Positions 37,748-50,401 of a DNA stretch of 64,000 nucleotides are shown one piece after another. Source of the DNA: Octopus sinensis. Taxonomy: Eukaryota. The notes under the pieces are model-generated. The model was not told the DNA's origin, searched no databases, and saw only the letters and a program-made list of their open reading frames with translations. The position numbers and the translations under genes are program-made. The stretch spans positions 28,644,001 to 28,708,000 of the forward strand of contig NC_043013.1 of assembly GCF_006345805.1 (NCBI RefSeq). Reading direction: 5' to 3'. Position 1 is the stretch's first letter. Each line of letters starts with the position of its first letter.

Positions 37748-38531
37748 AACAACAAACAAGATGTGGACAAATATCCGTCAAATGTAAATAATGTAAATAA
37801 TGTCACTGCTTGTGCACTGCCCTCACTATACAAATGACCCATTCCTCTGCACAACACCTATTTGCCATCAAATCGATTGGGCTTGATTGATTTGTCAGTT
37901 GGTTGATTGCTTATAATAATAGTAGCACATGAAATAATTGAATACTTAAACATGGGTTACTCATAGCTTCAACATATTATGCCTCTACTTGAAACATGCC
38001 TTGGCCTTGAACACTAGGCTGTTGACCTAACCAGGTTCTTCAGCCCTAACTGGTGACCCCTTGGGATGCCTTACCCAGAGTCTTTCATTCATAGGTGTCT
38101 GTATCAACATCATCTCCTCACTTGGTTTATCAACCAGCTGGAGTATGGGGAGGGGGTGTTTGGAGTTGTATGAGGATCAGTGATACCTCTTCATGTGACC
38201 ATCCCTAACAAGGTGCAGCTGCCAGACACCAAAAGTGCTACCTCTAATCAGAGACCCCTACTATCTAGATACATTATCTTTTTATCTTTCACTCATTTCA
38301 GTCATTTGACTGGGGCCATGCTGGGGTACTTCCATGAAGGGTTTTTGGGCAAGCAACTCAACACTAGGCCTTATTCTTTTTGTTTATTTTTAAAGGCTAG
38401 TACTTATTCTATCGGTCTCTTGTGCTGAACCACTAAGTTATAGGGATATAAACACAGCAACACCAGTTGTCAAGCAGCTGTCAGGGACACAAACAGACAG
38501 AAAGACATACACACAAATAGATATATACATG

Positions 38532-38612
<81 letters not shown>

Positions 38613-39239
38613 ATGATGAGCTTCTTCTGGTTTCTATCTACCAAATCCACTCACAAGGCTTTGGTCAGCCCAGTGCTATAGTAGAAGACAATTACCCAAG
38701 GTGCCACAATGTGGGTCTGAACACAGAACCATGGAGTTGGGAAACAAGCTTCTTACCACACAGCCACACCTGTGCCTATTATGTCAAACTACCCCCCAAA
38801 AGAAAAAAAAAACGCAGATGTGATTGCCATGGATGGAATGCCTTTGATCATAAGCTTACATGATTTGGGCTCATCTGGGGGTCAAATGTCGACCAATATG
38901 CTGTTTGACTTCTGACCATGTCATCTTCTTGTCTGTGCATTTAGAGTTTAGTTCCAGTAATTCGATTATCTCCCTTTGGTATGTAGACCTGCGCGAGTTT
39001 TTTTTACTCACTAAACTAAGCTGCCAGCTATGTAGATTATGGATTTATTTATTCAGATAATTAACAAACGTGAGCAGCAAGGATTCTGTTCCTTTGTGTA
39101 AACAAGGTCCGCTTATAGCCTCCCTCCCTTCCACCACCCAATAAACACACACATGCACACACACACGCACACTCTGTACAAACATATCTGCATGCATAAT
39201 AAAGATTTATAGACACGCACGTACAGGCATACACGCACA

Positions 39240-39774
39240 CACAACCCATGCCAGCAGGGAACATGGACATTAAATGATGGTGATGATGATGATGATGATG
39301 ATGATACCTGTATATGCATGTGTGAATACACACACACACAGACATGTGCACTCAGACACACACACATGCACAAACACACACACATACACACACACACACA
39401 CACATTCAACATGTGCCAGCTTGAAAGATGGACATAAAATAAGTGATGATGATATCTGTATATGCATATGCAAATACACACACACACATGCACTCACATA
39501 CACACATATATGCACTCAGACACACACATGCTCACGCACGTGTGTGCACACACACACAAATGCTCACACACACGTGTGCACATACACACACACACACACA
39601 CATTCAACATGTGCCAGCTTGAAGATGGACATAAAATAAGTGATGATGATATCTGTATATGCATATGCAAATACACACACACACATGCACTCACATACAC
39701 ACATATATGCACTCAGACACACACATGCTCACGCACGTGTGTGCACACACACACAAATGCTCACACACACGTGT

Positions 39775-39805
<31 letters not shown>

Positions 39806-40010
39806 TTCAACACGTACCCGCATGGAACATGGACATAAAATGAGTGATGATGATATCTGTATATTCAGTGTAAATACACACAAACATGCACTCATGCACG
39901 CACACACACAAGCATGCACACATGTACATACATGCGCACACACACACACATTCAACACGTACCAGCATGGAACATGGACATAAAATGATGATGATGTTAT
40001 CTCGCATGTG
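39240..40010. repeat. Minisatellite of about 145-200-bp units built from a family C 3' terminus plus CA-rich DNA
   Basis: CATTCAACA(T/C)GT...ATGGACATAAAAT..GATGAT recurs at 39403, 39601, 39804 and 39949. Confidence 0.85.
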
Positions 40011-40227
40011 TGTGTGTGTGTGTGCGTCTGAGTGCACAAGTGTTTGTGTATAGACTTATATATACACACTTATATATGCAGGCACAGGTGTGGCTGTGTG
40101 GTAAGAAGCTTGCTTCTCAACCACATGTTCAGTCCAACTAAGTAGCGCAAGTGTCTTCAACTATAACTTCGGGCCGACCAAAGCCTTGTGAGTGGATTCA
40201 GTTGACAGAAACTGAAAGAACCCCATT

Positions 40228-40270
<43 letters not shown>

Positions 40271-40463
40271 ATATATATTCATCATCATCATCATCATTTA
40301 ACGTCCGCGGGTTGGATGGTTCGACCAGGGTCTGGAAAGCCAGGAGGCTGCACCAGACTCCAGTCTGATCTGGCAGTGTTTCTACAGCTGGGTGCCCTTC
40401 CTAACGCCAACTACTCCGTGAGTGTAGTGGGTGCTTTTTACGTGCCTGATGATGATGATGATG

Positions 40464-40526
<63 letters not shown>

Positions 40527-40814
40527 TATGTGTGTGTGTGTGTATGTATTATGTATGTATTTGTGTGACTGTTTTTGCCCCCCCACCGCCACCATCGCTT
40601 GACAACCAATGTTAGTATGTTTCCATCCCCGTAACTTAGTGGTTTGGCAAAACAGACCAATAGAATAAGTACTAGGCTTACAAACAATAAGTCCTGGGGG
40701 TCGATTTGTTTGACTAAAAGGTGGTGCTCCAGCATGGCTGCAGTCAGATGACAAGTATAAGAATAAGAGAAAATATATATATATATATATACATGTCTTT
40801 CTCTCTCTCTCTCT

Positions 40815-41330
40815 TATATGTATAGAATGATACATACACACACACGCGCATACATACACATGTACATACATGCACACACACACATGCATGCACATACATG
40901 CACAGACATGCACATACACACACATATACATGCACAAACACACACGCACACACATGTATACATGCACACACACATATATGCACATACATGCACAGATACA
41001 CACATGCACATACACACACAAATAGATGCACACACACATGCACATACGCACATATATACATGCACACACATACATGCACATACACACATGCACACACATA
41101 CATACATGCACATATATACATGCACATACATGCACACACATACATGCACACATGCACACACATACATATACATGCACATACATGCATATACACACATGCA
41201 CACACATACATATACATGCACATACATGCACACACATACATGCACATACACACATGCACACACATACATATACATGCACATACATGCACACACATACATG
41301 CACATACACACATGCACACACATACATAGA
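40815..41330. repeat. Cryptic (CACATA/TGCACA) simple repeat
   Basis: Directly visible. Confidence 0.9.
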
Positions 41331-41944
41331 CGTTAAACGATGATGATGATGATGATGATGATGATGATATACACACGCACACATATATATTATTTTTGTT
41401 TTCTTCTTCTTGCTGTTGTTGTTCTTGTTCTTCTGTCATTCTTCCTATTTCCTTCTGTTTTTCTTCATTCTTCTTCTTGTGTGCTTCATTCTTTCATGCT
41501 GTTCCTGCTTTTCCTGTTTGCTTCACCCACCACCACCACCACCACCACCACTTTCCTATTCTTCTTTACTTTTTCTTCTAGTTTTGGATGATACCACCAC
41601 CACCACCATCACCACAATTACTACTACTACTACTACTACTGCCACCACCACCACCACCACCATCACTACTACTGCTCCCACCGTCGCCATTACTACTACT
41701 ACTACTACTACTATTACGAACACTGTTGCTGATGCTGTTGGTTATTGTAATGATGGTGATGACAGTGGTGGTATTATTACTACAACCTTAGTAGTAGTAG
41801 TTGTAGTAGTAGTCTTAGAAGTGATGGTAGTAGTGGTGGTAGTATGACCATATCCCAAATATTTCTAATTGTCCAACCCCCATGCTAGCATCTTAAATGA
41901 TGATGATGTACTCTAGGTGATGTTTGTTTAGTTGTTGTTGTTAT

Positions 41945-43540
41945 TAAGGCAGCGTGCTGGCAGAAGTATTAGCATGCCAGGTGAAATGCTCAGCAGTATT
42001 TCATCTGTCTTTTACGTTCTGAGTTCAAATTCCACCGAGGTCAACTTTGCCTTTCATCCTTTTGGGATCGATAAATTAAGTACCAGTTGCGTACTGAGGT
42101 TGATCTAATTGACTGGCCCCCTCCCAAAAAATTTTGGGCCTTGTGCCTAGAGAAGAAAAGATTATTATTATTATCATTATTATTGAGGGAGCAAGCTGGC
42201 AGAAGTGTTAGCACACCAGGCGAAATGCTTAGCAGTATTTCGTCTGTTTTTACATTCTGAGTTCAAATTCTGTTGAGGTCAACTTTGCATTTCATCCTTT
42301 CGGGAGGGGGGGTGTTGATAAATTAAGTACCTGTTGCATACTGGGATTGATCTAATCGATTGTCCCCACCACCCCCGGTCACCAAAAACTTCAGGCCTTG
42401 TGCCTAGAAGAGAAAAAAATTGTTGGCACGACAGACAAAATGCTTAGCAGCATTTCATTTGTCTTTATATTCTGAGTTCAAATGCAGCCGAAGTCGACTT
42501 TGTTTTCCATCCTTTCAGGGTTGATAAAATAAGTACTAGTCAAATGCTGGGGTCAATAGAATCATCTAGCCTCCCCCACCAAATTTCAAGCCTTGTGCCT
42601 ATAGTAAAAAGTATTGTTATTATTACTATTATTGCCTCCACCTTAGTGAAGAATGGCGGTATTGTTTTCAGTCTAGTTTGTTTGTCCGTGGACAAGATAT
42701 CTCAAGAACCACTGGATGGATTTAGATGAAACTTTCAGGGATGTTTTGCCTCATGACTGGCACAAACTGATTAGATTTTGGGATTGATCTGGTACCAGAC
42801 AAGGATTCTGGATTATTTTTCCTGTTGTTTTACTTAATTTTTGAGAGCAGCCAGGTTCATTTTTAGTATTCTGATTTGTGAGAGCAGTTGAATTTATTTC
42901 AGATATTCTCATTTTTAAAAAATCATCTCCAGCTAATCGTTGAGAGGATGTTGGTGTTGCCTTGGTGGAGGTTTGCACTCTCTGAGTGCTCTTGTTAATA
43001 TTATTATTAAGGCAGTAACCTGGCAGAATTGTTAGCATACCAGACAAAACGCTCAACATTCGCTCATTCATTATTACATTCTCAGTTCAAAAACTGCCAA
43101 GGTTGTCTTTGTTTTTCATCCTTCTTGGGTCAATGAAATAAATACCTGTTGAGTACCAAGGTCGATGTAATTACTCTCTTCCCCCAAAATTTCAGGCCTT
43201 GTGCCTTATAGTAGAAAGGATTATTATAGTAATGTCATTCCCATTTGTACTCTTGTGTTTTTACATTCCAGGTTCAAATCCTGTCAATGTCAACTTTGTT
43301 TTCTCATCTGGGTTGATGAAACCTAAGGATCATTATTATGACAGTAATATCACCCTATATTGTCCTCCTTTTGGCAAAATATCTGATGGTATATGTTTCA
43401 GGACTTTTACATTCTGGGTTCAAATTACATTGAACTCAACTTTGATTTTCATTACTCTGGAATCAATTAAAGAACCAGTGAAATACCAGCATCAATTTAA
43501 TCAACTAACCCTTTTCTTGCAAATTCTTGGTCTCATACCT
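41945..43540 (+). mobile_element. Cluster of 6-7 co-oriented family A SINE copies
   Basis: Copies at about 41945, 42190, 42425, 43010, 43240 and 43380, each with a TCTGAGTTCAAA-like B box. Confidence 0.75.
42631..42996 (+). mobile_element. Helentron-type non-autonomous element (DINE-1/HINE-like)
   Basis: Subterminal inverted repeat CCTCCACC (42635) / GGTGGAGG (42964); 3' hairpin GCACTC-TCT-GAGTGC (42975-42989); ends in TT. Confidence 0.65.
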
Positions 43541-44717
43541 TTGTTAAAAGCAGTTATCACATATGCTGTATTTTCTTGCATTCAAGTTGAAATTTTCAAA
43601 CCTTAATTTACAGCCAAAATTAGCAGTTTGACGTATACACCAAGACATCTTTGGAGGACCAAAAATCACTTGAGAAATGCTGCAGGATTTAGGAAGACAG
43701 TGATAACATTTGAATAGTTACACTATATACTATGAGGCAACTGGCATCCATGCTGGTGGCATGTAAAAAACACCTGTTGAGCGTTGGGCCTCATGGAAGC
43801 AATTTGGCTGATATCAGTGTTGTGTAACTGGCACTTGTGCTGGTGGCATGTGAAAAGCACCTTTTGAGTATTGGGCCTTATGAAGGCCATGAAAATTGAC
43901 TGAAACCTTCAGCAATATGCTGTGCTTGAGAAGAAGACCCGTTGAGCCACGTGAAAGCATGGGGGTAGAAGATACTGGTGTCATGCAACTGGCACCCATG
44001 ATAGTGCCATGTAAAAGCACCCATTACACTCTTGGGGTGGTTGGTATTAGGAAGGGCATCCAACTGTAGAAACCATGCTAAATCAGACTGGAGTCTGGTG
44101 CAGCCACATCAGCTTGTCAGCTCTGGTCAAACCATCCAACCCGTGCCAGCATGGATAATGGGATGTTAAGAGATGATGGTGAACTTGTATGTCAGGGAAT
44201 CTGGTAATGTCTCCTATTTATCCACCTGTCTTGCCGTATATATTCTCTGAACTTACCATTCTAAGTTCAAATTCTGCACTCATTCAATAGTTATATATTT
44301 CTGGTTTCTGTGTTTATGTTTATCACTTGCAGGATGGGTCTATTTGCCAGTTATGTCCATTGCAAAGATCAACCCACTGACTTTCTATAGAGGGTGGTCT
44401 TGCTCTGCAATGAAGCAAGTTGTATGATAGATGCAGTTGAATGGTTTGAGAAGAGAGTTTTTCCTTGTGGGGTGAGCTCTTGTCAGCTTCTTCAAATGTC
44501 ATTTAGAGGGGTAGGTGAGAGTAGAGAAAGACATACTGCCTCCCATTAAATTTTATGAAAAGGTGGGTGAGAATGGTGATATTGGTCTGGTGGGACCAAA
44601 CGAGCTTCATACACTCTCATACCCCACCATCTCCCTTTCTCTCTTAAATGAGGATATTTGTAGATGTTAATGTTTTCTTCAAGATTCTTATCTGCAGCTT
44701 TGGGATCAAATGTAAAT

Positions 44718-45135
44718 AGGCGCAGGAGTGGCTGTGTGGTAAGTAGCTTCTTTACCAACCACATGGTTCCGGGTTCAGTCCCACTGCGTGGCACCTTGGG
44801 CAAGTGTCTTCTGCTATAGCCTCGGGCCGACCAAAGCCTTGTGAGTGGATTTGGTAGACAGAAACTGAAAGAAGCCCGTCATATATATGTATATATATAT
44901 ATATGCGTGTGTGTGTTTGTGTGTCTGTGTTTGTCCCTCTAGCATTGCTTGACAACCGATGCTGGTGTGTTTATGTCCCCGTTACTTAACGGTTCGGCAA
45001 AAGAGACGGATAGAATAAGTACTGGGCTTGCTTACAAAGAATAAGTCCCGGGGTCGATTTGCTCGACTAAAGGCGGTGCTCCAGCATGGCCGCAGTCAAA
45101 TGACTGAAACAAGTAAAAGAGTAAAGAGTAAGAGT
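44718..45135 (+). mobile_element. Full-length family B SINE, CpG-rich (young)
   Basis: Head GGCGCAGGAGTGGCTGTGTGGTAAGTAGC...GGGTTCAGTCCC, central (TA/TG)n, tail GCTCCAGCATGGCCGCAGTCAAATGACTGAAACAAGTAAAAGAG. Other copies at 30345-30810(+), 38270-38780(-), 40080-40765(+), 45428-45820(+), 59870-60290(+). Confidence 0.9.
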
Positions 45136-45836
45136 AAGCTTTTCCTTGTTAAAATATTTAAAAGCTTCCTTGGGTTGTGTTTGAATTTGTTTGTCAACTT
45201 GAAAGAACAAAATGATTTGAACACAAAACACTCCTAATGAATGCATTCTTCGATTAAACTGTAAACTTTTAAACATTTTTGTGTTAAGTTCTGGAGGGAA
45301 AAAATGATGATTACACTGGATCCCCAAATGAGCTGATGAGAATCCTGTACAAAGATTCAAAATCCCATTTTATAGAATACAAGCTTATATCTTATACATT
45401 TTCTGAGTACATACTAACACACACACTAGGCTGTGTGGTAAGAAGCTTGCTTCCCAACCACATGCTTCTGGGTTCAGTCCCATTGTGTGACACCTTGGAC
45501 AAGTATCTTCTACTACTTCCTTGGGCCAACCAAAGCCTTGTGAATGGATTTGGTTGATGGAAACTGAAAGAAGCTTGTTGTATGTATCTTTGAGTGTGTG
45601 TTTTTGTGTCTGTGTTTGTCCTCCACTGCTGCTTGACAACTGGTGTTGGTGTGTTTGCACCTTTGTAACTTAGCAGTTCAGCAAAAGAGACGAACAAAAT
45701 AAGTACCAGGCTTAAAAAAAGAAAACGAGTTCTGAGATTGATTCATTCAACTAAAAATTCTTCATGGTGGTGTTCCAACATTGCTGCAGTCTAATGACTG
45801 AAGCAAGTAAAAGATAAAAGGTGTGTGTGTGTGTGT

Positions 45837-45880
<44 letters not shown>

Positions 45881-46199
45881 GCGCATGTGTGTGTATAAGT
45901 AGAAAGATAGACTAACAATAACAGGTGCAAGGAATGTATTTGTATGAAAGCCACATATACAAATTACATGATGAAATTAAGTCTTATCATTACAGCTGTT
46001 TCAGATAATTGATTGACTGGTTGATATGACCATGCATATTATGGAAGGAAATCTGATGTTGAGTCAATAATGTAGGTTTACAAACAGCAAAGGAAAAGCA
46101 TCAATGAGCACGAATTTTGATAGTTCTGTCATGATATCTTTGTCAGATAACTCATCGGATGATTGGTGAGCTTGATGCCATTAATGTTATATTTAATCT

Positions 46200-47050
46200 G
46201 TTGCAGGAAAGACATAAGCAGGAATGAGATTCTAGAGGATCTATATTCTGGGGAAGAAGGATTGGGTTGAGTGGTTAGTGGATGATGTCAGGGGAAGATT
46301 GAATGCTACAGGGGTGAGAAGGGATGGAAAGATGAATGGGTTGGTAGGGATTGAATGATGGATGTATGAGGTCAGCTTACTCAGAAGAGCAGAGGCCATC
46401 ATAGTAGTGGTAGACATGACAGAGAGGAGACAGCATGCCTGTGGGGAGGATGCTGCACTGTGCCTCTTAGTGGTGAAATGCCAATCAACCTGGTGTCCCT
46501 TCTCTGGTTGCGGGACAGGATATTAGTGTGCATGGTAGCAGCACTGTCCCAGATATGGGTGCAGCACCCCATTGTCGACCTCACTTTAGCTGTGTGGAGT
46601 GTCAGCAGTTATTGAGGACTTAAACATCTTCTGACCTTAAAGTGAAAAGCTTGTCTTTGGGATGTATTCCAAGTGATGCTAAGGATGTGCTTTCACTAGA
46701 AGTGATCCTCAGGGTGATCTCTGAAAGGTGGCGAGCTGGCAGAGACGTTAGCACACCGGACGAAATGCTTAGCGGTATTTCGTCTGCTGTTACGTTCTGA
46801 GTTCAAATTCCGCTGAGGTCGACTTTGCCTTTCATCCATTCGGGGTCGATAAATTAAGTACCAGTTATGCACTGGGGTCGATCTAATTGACTTAATCTCT
46901 TTGTCTGTCCTTGTTTGTCCCCTCTATGTTTAGCTCCTTGTGGGCAATAAAGAAATAAGAAGAGATCCTCAGTGATAGTAAGGCCCAGCATTTGGAGTGA
47001 CTGTGAAGGTTTCATTTGAGTGTCACTTATGCTTTGAGGAATATGTGAAA
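46200..47050 (-). mobile_element. CR1/Jockey-type LINE RT C-terminal fragment interrupted by a family A SINE
   Basis: SLQMLGLTITED...; RSTMGCCTHIWDSAA...RNQRRDTRLIG...HRHAVSSL. SINE at about 46731-46960(+), with GATCCTCAG repeated on both sides. Confidence 0.7.
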
Positions 47051-49004
47051 AAATTAGAGTGCTTGGAGTGAACCCTGCCAGCTTGCATACGAAAAGCAGG
47101 GAATGATGGACAAAGTGTGGTGCTGTAGTGTTTTCTCTGTGTGAATAGTGCCTTTTCCTTTAATAATTTCTTTTTATTTTGGTGATAAAAGAGGCAAAAT
47201 TGGGTTGGTTCCACTGGAAGGTGTTCACAAGGCAAGTTCTCTGCTTATGGAATCAATGTAAGTTTGAATGTGCTTAGGTACTGAAAATTTTGTGCAATGT
47301 TTTCAAAGAAATCCTTTGACAACTTGCAAGATGAAACATAAGTCAGTTACCAATTTTTTTTTCTATTCTTTTATGCTTATAAATTGGCATTGAGGTTTTT
47401 TTTTTTTATATTTAAAAAATATTTTAAAGTAATTTTTCTTTTTTTATTGTTCTGCAGAACAAACACACTCCTACGCAGACATGCTGTTATTCTCTTGAGT
47501 CTTCAAGACTTTGGTTGTGTTCAGCATCAAAACTCGAAGATTTCAGAATTTGATATCAAACAGAAAATTTCCCTTCCGGTGCAACTGGGATTGGGATGGG
47601 AAGGTGGTGGGTGGGAGACATGGAACTTGATGCAAAATTGAGAAATAGGAAGTCTGATTCAGTAGTTTCTTTGCTTTTTTTGTTTTTCCTGTTCTTCCTT
47701 CTTTCTTTCTTCACTTCTTTCCTTTTCTCATTGTCTTTATTTTTTACTAGAGGTGGTGGTCATGCTAAGGTTACTGATGGTGGATAGAGTTCTTAGAAAA
47801 GGGTTTTCTAATCTTTCTCACCCACCCACCCATGTTTTGGTTTTTTCAAAAATTCACTCTTTTCTTTGTTCCTTCCTTCCTTCCTTCCTTCCTTCCTTAC
47901 TTCTTTCCTTTCTTTCTTTCTTTCTCTCCATCCACTCCCTCTTTTTACCTTGCTAGTAGCCTCTTCTGTCTGTTTGTCTATATCTCTCTCTGTTTAATCT
48001 CTCTGTCTCTCTCTCACTTTCTCTCTGTTTGTCTGCCTGTCTATCTATCTATCTCTCACCTTTGCTTCTTTCTCTCTCTCTTTCTTTAGCATTTTCTTCT
48101 TCACAAACCTTCTCATTTTCTTCAGACACTCACTTCCATTACCATTTTCTTTTATGTTCTCCCTATTTCTTTCTTATTATTTTGCACTCATTCCAAGATG
48201 GCAAGCTGGCAGAATCATTAGCATGCCGGGCGAAATGCTTAGCGGTATTTCGTCTGCCGCTATGTTCTGAGTTCAAATTCTGCCGAGGTCGACTTTGCAT
48301 TTCATCCTTTCGGGGTCGATTAAATAAGTACCAGTTATGCACTGGAGGTCGATATAATCGACTTAATCTGTTTGTCTGTCCTTGTTTGCCCTCTCTGTGT
48401 TTAGCCCCTTGTGGGTAGTAAAGAAATAGGTATTTCCTCTGTCTTTACATTCTGAGTTCAAATTCTGCCAAGGTCAATTTTGCCTTTCATCCTTCTGGGT
48501 TCGATAAATTAAGTCTCAGTTGCATACTGGGTCGATCTAATTGACTGGGACCCTCCACAAAATATTTCGGGCCTTGTGCCTAGAGTAGAAAAGAAATAAA
48601 TTATTTTGCACACTTTCCACTCTTCCTCTTTCTCTCTCTCTCTCCTTCTTTAACTCTCATTCTATCTCTTGCTTTCTCTCACACTCTCTCTTGCTCCCAT
48701 CTCATCTCTCTCTCTTTCATTATACACACTCTCTTTCCCTATCTCTCTCTGTCTTTTTCCTCACTCTTTATTTCCACTTTCATTCTTACCTTACTTCATT
48801 TTCTCATTCGGTTAGCCTTTCTTTCATACCCTTTTATTCCTTTCCTTCTCACCTATCTCTTTCTTCTTTTCTCTTCCTCTCTCACTCTTTCTGGCATTCT
48901 CATTCTTTCTTTCACTCTCTTTCTCTCCCTCTTTCCCTGCTCACTCCTTCTGTTTATCTTCATTCATCAAACTCTGATGTCATGTAAATCATCAGTTTAT
49001 CTAC

Positions 49005-49030
49005 CAAAACAGCTTCTTTGGGACTTTTGC

Positions 49031-49069
<39 letters not shown>

Positions 49070-49324
49070 TTGTGTGTATTTAGATATGTATACACACACT
49101 CACATATATGTATACATATACACATATATACATACAAATATAGGTATATACACATCAAAATGGCTTCTTTGGGACTCTTGCTTCACACACACACACATAT
49201 ACTTGTGTGTATATAGATATGTATACATACATATATATATACACATATATACATACATAAGTATATACACACCAAAACAGCTTCTTTGGGACTTTTGCTT
49301 TACACACACAAGACACACACACAC

Positions 49325-49359
<35 letters not shown>

Positions 49360-49520
49360 CACTCATATGTATACATACATACACACATATATACGCACAC
49401 ACACACATATATGTATATACACATGTAAACACACACACACACACATATATACATACACACATATATACATACAAATATAGGTATATATATACATACTACA
49501 CACACATATACATATATTAT
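49005..49520. repeat. Three-unit local tandem repeat
   Basis: CAAAA(C/T)(A/G)GCTTCTTTGGGACT.TTGCTT recurs at about 49005, 49156 and 49274. Confidence 0.8.
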
Positions 49521-50045
49521 ATATGACCAACCAAACTGGTTCAAACGTGATTGGTTTGTTACACTATTGGTCTATTGAACTGGTGAAGCAGTACCATCAT
49601 AAAATATTTTCTTATCTCTGTACTATTCTTTCCTCGTTGGAACCATTGTATTTCAACACTTTAAAGTGATCACCCACCACGACCACCACCACAAAAATGA
49701 AGACCTCTGTTTCGCTTTATCAAATCTCTGCATCATATTTACTTAGTAATAAAGCAACAATCTATTTTTCGAAAATTCATTTTGTATTCGTAAACATTTG
49801 GCGCTGGTGTGGCTGTGTGGTACGAAGCTTGCTTCTGGACCATTTGCTCTTGGGTTCCGTCCCCACTGTGTGAGGTGCTTTGAGCAAGTGTCTTCCACTA
49901 TGGCCCCAGGCCAGCCAAAACCTTGTGAGTGGATTTGATTGATGGTAGCTGAAAGAAGCCAGTCATATATGTATGTGTGTGTACGTGTACTGTTGGCGAT
50001 TTTTTTTCCTCTGTCTTCCCTTCTCTGGATCTTTCCTTCTCCTAT

Positions 50046-50080
50046 GTTTCCGACGAAGAGCTCCGCTCGAAATGTTAAAC
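50046..50080 (+). ncRNA. Minimal type I hammerhead, U4C core
   Basis: GTTT-CCGACGA-A-GAGC tcc GCTC-GAAA-TGTT-AAAC. Confidence 0.6.
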
Positions 50081-50217
50081 CCTCCTTCTTTCCTTCTTTC
50101 CTGAGCGTCCAATAATACTATATTTGTTCCACGTCCTCGCGTTGTTGTGTTTTTTTGTGCTTTCTTGTTTGGATTAACTTTATATCATATGTATGTTATA
50201 TACATATTATCTATGTA

Positions 50218-50262
<45 letters not shown>

Positions 50263-50353
50263 AAATATATGTTTACATATGTATGTATATTATATGTATA
50301 TTATGTGTATATTATGTATGTATGTGTATATTATGTATGTGTATATATAAATA

Positions 50354-50401
<48 letters not shown>

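Larger units (their letters stand above)
37388..37801. mobile_element. Family E element: tRNA-headed minus copy with 3' tail plus an inverted, headless, tail-less plus copy
   Basis: Minus copy 37388-37656, plus copy 37657-37800. Flanking direct repeat TGTCACTGCTTGT at 37375-37387 and 37801-37813. Confidence 0.85.

Noticed and set aside
45991-46002. GAAACAGCTGTA (minus), the same half-motif as at 56792
   Set aside because: No upstream core or stem II recognisable; at most a decayed fragment.
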